Under the pieces are notes generated by a model. It did no database searches and had not been told where the DNA came from. It saw only the letters and a program-made list of their open reading frames with translations. Shown piece after piece: positions 10,833 through 22,800 of a DNA stretch of 64,000 nucleotides. Both the position numbers and the translations under genes were made by a program. This DNA comes from Macrostomum lignano (lineage: Eukaryota). Every line of letters begins with the position of its first letter. The first letter of the stretch is position 1. The DNA lies in assembly GCA_002269645.1 (NCBI GenBank), contig NIVC01000873.1, positions 62,001 to 126,000 of the forward strand, read 5' to 3'.

Positions 10833-13800
10833 TCAGTGATAGCTAACAAGTTCTGACATTCCCTGAAATCGCGGATTGATGAACGAACTGGTGTTTGGCT
10901 CCCGGATCTGCACATATTCAGGCTGCTCTTGAGGCGTAATCTGCTCCTGGGCCGGCACGCTCTCAATGTTGTATTCGAGGCACTGCTCTTCGATATCGTC
11001 AATCTTAGCGCCGCCATGACCGTTAATCTCTGAGGCGGCGAGAGACACCGGGCCGACGTGGCTACCGATCTGCGAGGCCGCATAGATGTCGTACGGGTTG
11101 GCCCGAGCAGCCAGGAAGCGCGGGTCTCTGAAAGAAGTGGTTGGGCTAATTTTGTATAAGGCCTAATAATCATAAAATAATAATTGAATCCACCTGCCCC
11201 AATGGGCAGATTTGCTACCGACGGCTCAGCCGCAGCTATTGCGCGGCGCATCTGAAGGCTGCGTACGGCTGTTCAGTCCAAGGACTGGGGGTCGCCACAC
11301 ACCCTTAATTACCCCAGCTAATGCTGGCACCCATTTTACAGCTGGGTGAACTGAAGCAATGCAGAGTTATATATCTTGCTCAAAAACACAAATTGTTCCA
11401 GTGGGATCGGGAATCGAACCTCCGACCTTCAATTCGTGATTCCGACGCTCTAACCTTTAGGCCACAACCCCAACATAATACAAGCTAGTCTGGCACGCAC
11501 TAAACTTAGTTATAGTCTTCTTCGACCGGTTTAAGGATTTTTTAAAGTTAGTTTGAGGATTTTGATAGAGTTGAGCAGCTATCCGAGAGAAAATTGTCAG
11601 AACGCAATCAGAAAATACAAAAGTGTTGTTTCCATACTGTATGGTCTAAGGTCTATGTCTAAAGTTTTACCATCTACTGAAAGTCTTTGTAGAAGTAGGA
11701 TGGGTGAGAAAAAAAGAACAGAAATTTCATACCAGTCTACCCTTTATATTTCGCTACCTCACTAAAAGACCTGCATGAGTAAATGCTGGAGTCGGAGCAA
11801 ATTCATACGGCCTCAATGTCTCCCAAGATTCTCACCTTGGCCGTCGCACCAAGCAGTAGACGATCACAATGATGCACATGAGAATGATGAACGCGGCGAT
11901 TGCGATCAGGGCGGCCCAGACGTCGGACGCGAAGCCATACTGGTAGAGAATATCCGACGTCTTCTTGAAGGCCAGCTGCCCAGTTGTAACGCCAAATGGA
12001 GCGCGGATCGTCTCCATGGGAACCACACCGTTAAGCATGTTTCGAATTTTTTCCTTGGCCTCGTTTGTCATGAAGGCGCTGCAGCGGTTTTAATTTTATC
12101 AAAATTACGTTTAATGTGGGAATAAGAAACTAGCTTTTAATGCAGCCAGGAGTTAGTCAGCTCTGTAATTTAACTCACTTTGTCGGTTCAGCGTCGTCGC
12201 GCACGCAAATGTCGTAAGTGACCGGATTGACGCACACGAACCAGATATCGGTACTGTAAAAGCGAAAATTAATTTGAAGTTAATTGTTCATGGACGTGAA
12301 GTGGTCTAATTGCCTTGACCAAGTCACTCTGATATGAAAGGCTCACCCAGTCGGATCGTCCCTAATTGTGCTTCCCTCGAGATACTGCCGAGGATTCACT
12401 CGTTCAATGAGGACGACTTGGCCAGTTGCAGTTTGAAGTGTCCTAAAAATTATTCAACGAAGGAGTGTCGTTAATAGGCACCGACTTATCCATATCGATA
12501 AGTTGATAAATTAAAATTTGCAAAAAAGCGGATGAACCAACCTGCGAATAGTCTCCAGACTTGGGATGGTGACTTTCGGCTCTTTGTTAGGCCCGGGTAC
12601 AACCAGAATCATGCGATTCTTGTCCTGGATGAGGTTCACGATTAGCTCTGTGCTGGAGGAGAGCCGAACGGGCAGGCCGTTGTCCTGGGCGATCACCCCA
12701 AAACGGTACTTGATGGTCGAGTTTCTGTTGAAGGTGGCGGCAGTGCGGACAGATCCGTCGGCATCCGACAGCAGGAAGGGCGGATTCGGCGGCGTTGCCG
12801 TTGTCCACGCGTTAGGCGCGTAGGAGACCTCCGCGTTCCGGCCAAGATCCGCGTCTGTTGCCTGATATGGAAAGAAAAGCGCACTTAAAATTATGCACAG
12901 CGTTTCTTTATAGAAAATAGATGGTTTGTGTCAGGAGAAGCGCCTGACTTACATTGACGGTGATAGCCCGAGTGTTGGCGGGAGCAAACATGTCCACTGC
13001 AGCGAAGTACTTGTTCTGTGTGCTGGTCCGGTTGGGGTACACCGGATACTTGAACAGCGGTGCATTGTCGTTGGTATCTGACACCATGATGAGGACTTTG
13101 ACAGTCGGATAGGACGTGTAAGCTGAAAGTTTATTCGTTTATAGAAAAAAATTATTCAATCTAAGCCGCTTTCAAGCTTGGACCGTTCCGGGTTAAGAAT
13201 AAAGTTTAAATAGATTGAGCTTAAGCTACCGTCAAGGTAGCATTAATACATGGAGGACAGCAGAACATTGTTGTTTAGCTTAGTTTAATACTATTTGCTG
13301 TCTATATATAGTGTGCATCCATTGTTGTGTCATACAATTAATTATAAATAAACACGGTGTTTTGCCTAAAGATTGGGGAAAATTTATCTTGGGTGTAACA
13401 ATTATTCTGGTTAATGATTAGAACTCTCAGCATTCCACGAATCCACCACTAAAACACTGTAGAAGCTCGAGTTGCTTCATGTTTTTATGAAAATATTCTG
13501 TATTTTATTGTTAATTATGCATTCCAACGAAAAAAGACACAATGAAATAATAATATTTGTTGGAGTTTTCACTTTCTGGTACTAAACGTCGTAAAAGGAA
13601 GCCTTTATTGCTTACCGGAACCTATAAATTAGAAAGGGGATGCGTCGCTTTGTTAACTTTTGATGAGTATGCGAGCCATAGTTCAGAAGTACGAGCTACA
13701 TGTATTTGAGAGAGTGATGCTGACAGCTAGATATAATGGTGAATTAGTTTAATTGGCGATTCGTCTTACCCGATGCTGAAGGCATGATAGGCAGAGGAGG

Positions 13801-16800
13801 ATAACAAGGCATTAGCTGCCGCTTGTTTTTAATTGAGCAAAAAACTAATGGGGAGCAAAGCATTGGCTGCAAAAGCTGGTTAACTACGAGCGCAATAGCA
13901 GAGCGGGCATGATTGCTTTTCTAAATTAGAGCTTCAAGTTAGGCTAGCAATGCACTTCTTGCTGACTGCAACAGGCAATTTTGCTTACTCTGACGGCGTT
14001 TTCGCGACAGCAGTGGCTCCATTGCGTCGCTAACGGCCCTACGACGCCTGCCGGGCACGGAGACCGAGTGCGACACCGAAATCCTCAGGTCAAACCTGCT
14101 GATCGCCTCTCTGTCGATCACCTTCTTGGTCACCATCTGGCAGTCTTTGTTGCCGTTGCGACCGACGATGTCAAAGTAGCCGCCTTCGTTTCCGCTAGCA
14201 AAATTGCAGTTGACAGTCTTGTCGGTATCCTGATAGATGACGTCCAGGGTTAGCACGTTGGTGCCGATCACAGCGTTTTCGGTCAACTCGACTCTGTCGA
14301 GGAAAGTGTAAAAATTTTAGAATTTTTTTATGATTATAAAGATTAACGATGCCATAATTAATTTATTAAACTTATCGGCATCATTTATGATACAGTGTGT
14401 ACATTAGAAACGTCGAGCAACTCACGTGTACTCCGGCTGCACAAATCCCAGCGTCCTGGTGCCAGTGCTTGCCGTCTTATCGACGTTCACCCGAATGCTG
14501 GCCGTGTCGTTTAGTGCCGGCACGCCGCTGTCAGATGCGTAAACGGTGAACACGTAACTGTCCGGGTTTGCCGGATTGTTGACGAGCATCTGAGACAGGG
14601 TCACCTTGCCAGTGTTCGGGTTCACGTAGAAGTAGGCGTTTGCCGCCGAATTCGTGGGATCAACAAAGTAAGTTATGCGGGAGTTGTTGGTGTCCGGCTG
14701 CAAGGCGGAGTCGGCATCAGTGGCAGTCAGCTGCGCAATGAAGGTGCCCAGCTTGGAGAGGTCATTCACAGTGATGTTGACAGATTTGGTGGAGAACACT
14801 GGACTGAACTGGTTGCGCAGAACCGTGACAAAAACGGTGGTGGCGTTTGACTTTGGCGAAGGGGAGCCGTCAGTGACGTCAATTCCGATAGTGTAGACAG
14901 TGGGACTCGGCCTGGAGGGGACGCTCCACAGAGGCGACGCAACGGTGAGAGCGGCGCTGCGGCTACCCAAGAGGAACAGCGAGGCTACGCCAGTAGTTGA
15001 ACGAACGAGGCTGATTGTGTAAGTCAAGGTGCCGCTCGGGATCTAGAATGTTTCAATTAGAAAGGTCCCAAAATGCAATCATCACTTGTACTTGCAATTT
15101 AGATGAGTACGTATCGTAGGAGAAATACAATAAGATACGCATAACTTTTATTAAGTGTTGAGAACAAATCTTTCTACCCACTGTTGAGTTCATAGCTCCT
15201 AAGCTTGCACACAGCCAATTCAGTAAGCTCACGCCCATGGATTCATATGTGAAATGCACTTACATTGGGTGGGTCCCCGTCAGTCGCAGAAATAGTTCCG
15301 ATCACCGTGCTGAGAGCAGTGTACTCGGAGATTGTGAAATTGTAGGTCGGCGAGCTGAATACTGGCCCATTGGCATTGCGAATCACTTTGATGATAACCT
15401 CCGTTCGTGCCGTTCCTGGTGGATCCCGACCGTCAGATGCGACAATCGCCAACTGCGGGTTTATTTGCAAATTGGGAAATGCTTTGATTGCTGGGAAAGC
15501 ATTACAATCAGATCATTTAACCTAGTGGAGTACCAAAGTTATTAGACATGGGGAAAATTTACAATGACTTGGGACGTGATTTTTTGTAGGTAAAACAGGA
15601 TAGATTAAACAAAACCCGCGAAAAAATACTGCCTTGCTTACATTGTATAAAACTTCTGTGCCAAAGCCTGGCGAGTACTTGACGAAGATATCTCCCGTGT
15701 TCGAGTTGACGTCAAAGTAGTAAACTGCCGGTACTCCGACAACGCTGTAGGTAACGTTGTCTGTGGGGTCTGGGTCTACGGCGACCACCCGAGTTATAGT
15801 TGTGCCGACTGAGATGCTCTCATTGATGGTGACAGTGATGGTGCTGTTGAGGAATCTTGGCTTGTTAAGGTTGCGAGCCACGTTAATCATGACCAGGCCG
15901 GTGACACTCCTAGGAAGATTGCCCTGATCTGACACACGAATCGACACCTGAAAGTTTAGAGACAGTTTTGATATCGTTTCATTAGACACGGCCACTCCAT
16001 GAAGGAAAATTATACAGTTAGTGTTATTGCCCTGACTATTTACGTTTTAATAACTGAATTCAAACTTAATCTCAAATATTGTATAAGTTCTTAATAAACG
16101 ACGTGTCCGAGTTTCTGACTTTGATATTTAAAGAGTGCTTAAATTGCATTATTTATTTAGATTGCTTACATTGTACTGGTTCAACGATCGACCGTCCAAT
16201 GACAGGGTCCTCGACACTGACAGGGCGCCAGTCAGTGGATTCACGTAGAACCAGCTGCTTGCATCAGTTGGCAGCGAAGCAGGATCGACAATGGAGTATC
16301 TAAGCTCGCCACTTGGTCCGGGGTCTGGGTCTGTGGCGTTGATCTGCAGAATTGTGATTCCCAAGACCTGCGATTCCGTAATGCTGACAGAGAAGGGCAG
16401 CGAACCCACGAAGCTGGGGCTGTTGCGGTTGCGCACCACGGTGACGTAGACGAGGGCGGTGGCCTTCTGGATCGGATCCGCTTCATCGTACGCCACAACT
16501 CGGATCTAAGGTAAGAGTACCAAAAAAGTTTTAAGTTGTCACGATGATATTAGTGAGACAGTAAATCACTAAAAAGCCAAGTGACGTGGACTTTGAAGAT
16601 CAGGTAAACTTACAGTGTACAAGATTCCACTGTCAATAGTGAAGCTCTGGCTTAGGTTGATCATTCCGGTAAACTCTCCAATGGTGAATAGCGAAGATGA
16701 CAGGCCATCGCCGACAATGAGATAACGAATACGGCCCTGATTCATAAGGGAAGACTCAAATTAATCGACATCAGTACAGTAAGTACTAGTATAAGAGCTT

Positions 16801-19800
16801 TATATTATATATCTCTGCCGGTGAATTTGAGATATTGAATAGTAACTTAATATTAACCTTACTTTTATGTAAGGTTAAAGAAATGATACCAACTACTTAC
16901 AGTAGCGTCAGGATCAATGGCAGTTAGATTGACCACACTGGATCCCACGGCTAAGTCTTCATTGTAGGTGACGCGAAGCTCAGTCTGATTGAATCGAGTG
17001 GCGTTGACGTCCTTGGTTACAAAGATGATTACTGTGGCATTGCCCACTCGCGGCGGTTCGCCTTGATCAGATGCTATGGCCGTCAGCTGTCAGTTGGAAT
17101 GTTAGGCAGTGTGGTTTTTAAACTGATTTACAATGGTGGCTACAATGTTCAAGCTGCCTTAAAAAACATAATTAAATGGTAGTAGGGGACTTTCGTTCAT
17201 TTTAAAAGTGCATATTGTTTGGATATACTGTGCCGTGCGTTCTCATGGCCTAAAGAGCTTCTCAAGTGCTCCAAGGATGTAGTGCTGACTAATCGTAAAA
17301 TATTCAGGGTTTCTATTAGGTTTTTCTTCAGACTCTCCTGGCTTACTAAGTGCATTTTAGTACTGAAGTAATGGATATATATATATAGTAAGTTATAATC
17401 TGGTCGTGCGTGCTGAAAATTATAAATCTTTTTGTGCGTCTGTGCCGGTTGGGACATATATTTTGAAATTATAGTCATATCCGGGGGCCACTGAAAGTCG
17501 AAGCCTTTTAACAAGTGCAGCACTTCGATGATTTCGGTGTAAAACTGTAAACTCCGGTGGTGCAATTTGCTGTTTAAGCTTTTTCTATAATAAGTGCACA
17601 TCTATCAATAGTTAGCAGAAAATCCTAAGACTCAGTTGATAAATATGTAAAAAAAATCAAACATGCAGCCGATTTTACTTGAATTTCAAAGCTCTGAAAT
17701 TAACAAATAAGAGAGTATACACAGAATTCGGTCACATGAACGTTCAGCTATTAGAAAGTTATATTACAATAATAAACTTAGTACAGTATAATTTGACTGT
17801 TGCTTTACACTGTCGTTGTAAACTATAAAGGCCATTGATAGCAAATCATACTACAGTAGAATTCTCTGTATAACTATTTGGTGTACTCGTACGAGCCATG
17901 ATACTTTCACTTTGAAAAGTCAACTTACTCTGACTTCCGCCAGTCCAGCGCCTAGAAGCGTGTCCTTCAGTGAAATTACACCGGTTGAATAGGCCACCTG
18001 GAAGTAGCGCAGATCCTTGCTGGCTCCCAAAAGTCCGTACACTACTCTGCCGAATGGAGAGCTCTGTAATGTTTTTTATAAATTTGTATAGTTCACTGTA
18101 AGCTATCTACACTGTACATGTAATTTATCTGACTGTCTCTCAAGAGCCGCCTTTACCGATCCGTCGCTATCCGTTGCGTTGAGTTGTAGGATCGACATGC
18201 CAATCGGGAAGGACTCGGACACGTTGACCCGATAAATTGGCACCCTGAAGCTGGGCGTGTGCCTGTTCGTGTTGACCGTGATGGCTACTACAATCACAGT
18301 GGACTGACGCCTTGGAAGGTAGCTGTCAGAGGCTACCACTTGCAGCTGAAATTTTACCAGTGTACTACTGTCAGAGAATTGCATTTTGAAATTAAATTAA
18401 GCATAGCAAAGATAAAACAGATATCTTACCACGTAGGTCTCTTGCGTAAGCTTTGCCGCTGTGGTGATGACTCCAGTGCTGGGATTAATGTAGAAATCGG
18501 TCGAATTTCCAATTGAATAGGTCACCTGGCTGCGCGGATTGTTCTAAAATAGCAAGATATCAGTTCTCAATAAATTTACGTAGGTCAGCTTAAAACGGAA
18601 GACATCGTAGACAATTGCAAAATGTTTCTTTCTAAGAAACCAACAAAATGTTTCTTAGTAAACAACCGAGTTCGATGAACATACCGGCAGGTCGCTGTCG
18701 CTGGCCATCACGCGGACCAGGAATGTCCCAATAGGATCGTACTGGTTAACTGTCGCCGAATAGATTCCACTGGTTGTGCCATAGAACACTGGCGAGTTGA
18801 TGTTGCGGTTCACATTCACTGTGATGGTTGCCGTGGTTGGCATGTGCGGCGCACCCGCCTCAACGGCAACGATGCGCAGCTTGTACTGGAAAGTGTCACT
18901 ACTGTCCAGCAGAAGGCTCTTGGCAATCCTGATTGCGCCAATACCGCTGGACATTTGCAGGGAGAAGTACTCTGTCGCGGTGTCGATGCCCGTTAGCTCT
19001 AGGGAAATGGCGCCTGCATTGTCAGCGTCAGTCACATTGATATTGTTGTAGATGATGTAGCCCACAGAGAAGGTCTCGTCCACGTTGCTCACGTTGATTG
19101 GCAAGGTGTTGAACACGGGGTAGTACAGGTTTCTACTGACGATTATGGTTGCGAAAGCAGAATCCGACTTGCCTCCGTCGCTCACTTGCACTTGGAACTG
19201 AATATATAGGGTATAAGCTCGTACAGTTGCGTAATGGATCACTCTTTTGCGACTAGTCAAATGCTTGAATTGAAGCAATGGTATAATGCGAAAATTGAAA
19301 ATTAACTTTATGGAGCACTCACAGTATAGTTCTGAGCGGTAATATTGGGTCGCAGCGATGACCGTACGGTGATGGCTCCTGTCTCTGAATTAACGTAGAA
19401 CAGCCTCTGGATTTCAGTGTCCACGCTAGAGGCAAGCGAATAAGCCAGGACATCTGTAGCAATCCTGTCTGTTGCGTTCAGCTGCAGCACTTGCGTTCCT
19501 GGGTTGGCGAATTCGTTGACTGTACCAGTGAACACCCGTTGAGTGAAAACCGGAGCGTAGGGGTTCAAGTCAACAATAATGGTGATGTTCAACCGGCCGA
19601 TTGCCCGGGGCGAGATCGGATCGTACGTTTCGACAAGCAGCTAAAATGCGATTTTAATGCATTGGTACGAGCGTTAAATACCTGGATATATTTTTAAGAA
19701 AGGTATTAGTGCTACATACTGTGTATACAGAAATCTTCAGGTTGTCCAACAAAAGCGATTTAGCTAGATAAATTTCACCAGTGACGTTTATTTGGAAGAG

Positions 19801-22800
19801 CATGTTAGCCGGATAGACTCCCGTTGTCGTGTACACCATCGGTTGCTGAAATGTAACGTTTTTTGCTTTAAATGTTTTGAGTAATTTAACATTTAAAACT
19901 CGTTCTGAAGGAAGGAAACTCACCGATCGATTCAGACGGTCCGCAACAACCTTTGTGATGGCAACCAGCGGCGCTTGGTCTACTTGAATGCGCAGCTCAA
20001 ATGTCGTTCCGTTGGTTGGTTGCAAGAAGAATGGCAAAGAGGCGTCCTTGCTAGCAGTAATCCGTACTGTGGCCACATCTGTCTTCTCCTGGATGCGATT
20101 GTCGCTCACTGTTACATTGAACTCGTAAGTCTGGTTATCGAACCTAGGAATTGTATCAGCGACTCGAATCTGGCCGGTTGTTCGCACTACGTAAAAATAT
20201 TTCAGCGCCTCGGCACCTCCGCTCATGGAATAGGTGAGTGAATCGTTGTCCGCATCAGTGGCTACAAGAGTGACGACAAGGGCGTTTACAGCGACGCCGT
20301 CGTAGACCGTCGCAGTGTACATCTTCGGATTGAACACCGGAGCGTTTTGATTGCGCAGAATTGTGATCCTCAGGAGAGCCAGCGAAGATAGCTCAGTGCC
20401 GACTGTCACGCTGATTCGACTGTACGCCACAACTCTGACATCGATCTCGGTGAAGGTGCTACCCGAGAGTGTCTGGCTCAGTGACAGTACACCGGTGATG
20501 TTGTCCACCTGGAACAAGCGCATAACCAAACTGTCGCCCTCAAGGCGGTAGCGAATTTCATCTGGAAGCACTGCTGCCGTAGCATTTAGGTCGTATACAA
20601 TGGCACCAATCGGCATATTTTCCGAGACGGTGATGTTAATGAAACTTTCGGGATATATCGGTCTGCTGAGGTTGCGCGTTACAGCTATTGTTAGATTTGA
20701 AAATCCCTGACCACCTCGCGAATCAGTGGCCGTCAAAGTGAACTGAAACAAGCTCTTTGCGGTGTCTTGAAGCTTGGATTTTACCAGTAACCTGGCGTTT
20801 TCTGGCTGTAGATAGAAGTAATCCAAGTCACTTGGCACGGAGCTACTTAGCGAGTATGTTATGGTCTGGAAGGTGGATAAATGCAATCAATAGAAAGTGC
20901 ATTAACAAATGCATGTATTTATCGCAGATAACTGCGCTTATAGCATACCTCGTTATCGCCATCTGTAGCTTTAATTACAACCCCAGCAGGCGTGGCAACA
21001 TTCAACACCGTGCCCAACGGTACTCCTTCCAGGACATTGACAACATAGGCTGGGTACTCGAAAGTGGGCTTATTGGCATTGCGGCTCACGTTCAGCACAA
21101 TAGTAATCTGAGATGCTGAAGTTCGGTACATACTGTCGTAGGCCTCCAAGATAAGCTGAAAAAGTTATGGATCGAATATGACACAGTACATGTACAATTG
21201 ATCATAATTAGTAACAACTGAATAATATGCAGCTTGAGAGAAGTTTGAAAGGTTTCTTACGGTGTAGCTGGCCGTGTTTTGAGTGTCCGTTAGCAGCGAC
21301 CTGATTAGCGTGACAGCGCTCAGCGTTTGATTGTATGAGAAAAACAGGTTGACTGGATAGTTTCCGATCACTGAGTAGCTCATGGAACCCTAAAGTAAAA
21401 TATGATTTTAAGCAAATGTCTTCAAGTTAAGTTCTTGACCAACGAAATTCAGCGCTGATTTAACTATTTATAATATCTTACAAGCATGTCGGAATCGTTG
21501 GCAAAGAGCGGATAGATGGCGGGCAAATTAATAATCGAACCGACTGAGATCGTCTCAGAGACGGTCAGGTAAATAGGCGCTCCGTTGGGTTTGCTCCACA
21601 CGGGTTTCGTATCAACTTGCAGCACCAGGAAGGCTGATATTGTTGTTGTCTTTGGCGACGGAAGCGTGTTGTCGCTGGCTGATATTGTGCACTGAAGTTT
21701 TGCGAAAGTTGTGCTCTGGTCACAAATGTTTATGTCTTTGCATGGGGTTTGAATTATTAGCAGCAGTGATAACAGTAGTCTGTGATGCAATTGATCCAAA
21801 CTTATTGGCAGCTTAAGTCCCTGAGTTGTCACTATTTCATATCGACAAAATTAAAAATGAAGTTTTTTTGAGCAGCCGTTGCAACTTACATTGAAATAAT
21901 AGTCTGCCATTAGACTTCCGTTGAGTACCTCCTTCAGGATGATGTCACCGTTTTCTGAATTAACGTAGAAGTGCGACTGGCAGTCTGCGGAGCCCGACAG
22001 CTGATAGCTGAGGCGTGGCTAAAATAAATTAGAGAAATTTGTTTTATTATGGACTGTGATTTGAAAATAAAAGCAGGGCGTGTCATTGTGCAGCCAGTGC
22101 TTGACAGCTCACAGAGTCTGCATCCGTAGCGGACACGTTTCCAACTCGTGAGCCAATTGGTAGTGACGGGCGCACTCGGAACAGGTAGAAAGTAGACAAG
22201 AAGACCGGCGCGTTCTCGTTTCGACGAACATTGATAACGATGTTCACTGTGGTCCTTCGTGATGGACTCGTTGCGTAATAGAGGCTCAGGGTCAGCTAAA
22301 ATTGGTCAAGTAGGTTACGTTTAACGGTTAAGTTGGTAGGAGAAATATTTAAGCATTTCCAATGAACCCTTGATGTTCAATATAGCTTCTTACATTGTAG
22401 TTAGTAACTAGTTCTTCCTTGAGGTTTCGATTCACAATCACTGCTCCGGTAGCATTGGTGGAGAAGAAGTATGGAGCCGAACCCATTCCCGTCGCTTCAT
22501 AAGTGATGCCCGATGGCGTGTTGTTAAATCTAATTTGGTAAACCGAGCTGCCAACTGGCTGGTTCTCGGAGATGTTCACAAAGAAATTTTGAGTCAAATC
22601 CACTACTGGTCTCGGTTGTTTGACGATAGCGATTGAAACTACTGTTGAAGCGGTCTGTGGACTTGGGCCCGAGTCCGTGGCCAGTACTGTGAACTGAAAA
22701 TTAAACAACAATATTGGGGGAAATTTACAGCATGTAGTCGTTCTGTACGTCTACCGTTTACCAAGAAATTGCTATTTAAAAGCAAAAACTTACGTTGAAA

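Noticed and set aside
11400-11471. Functional tRNA gene
   Set aside because: Acceptor and anticodon stems are not well formed, and the sequence runs into the SINE body shared with 8187-8472.
17197-17601. 134-aa ORF in a larger cadherin intron
   Set aside because: AT-rich, no recognisable motif or codon bias.
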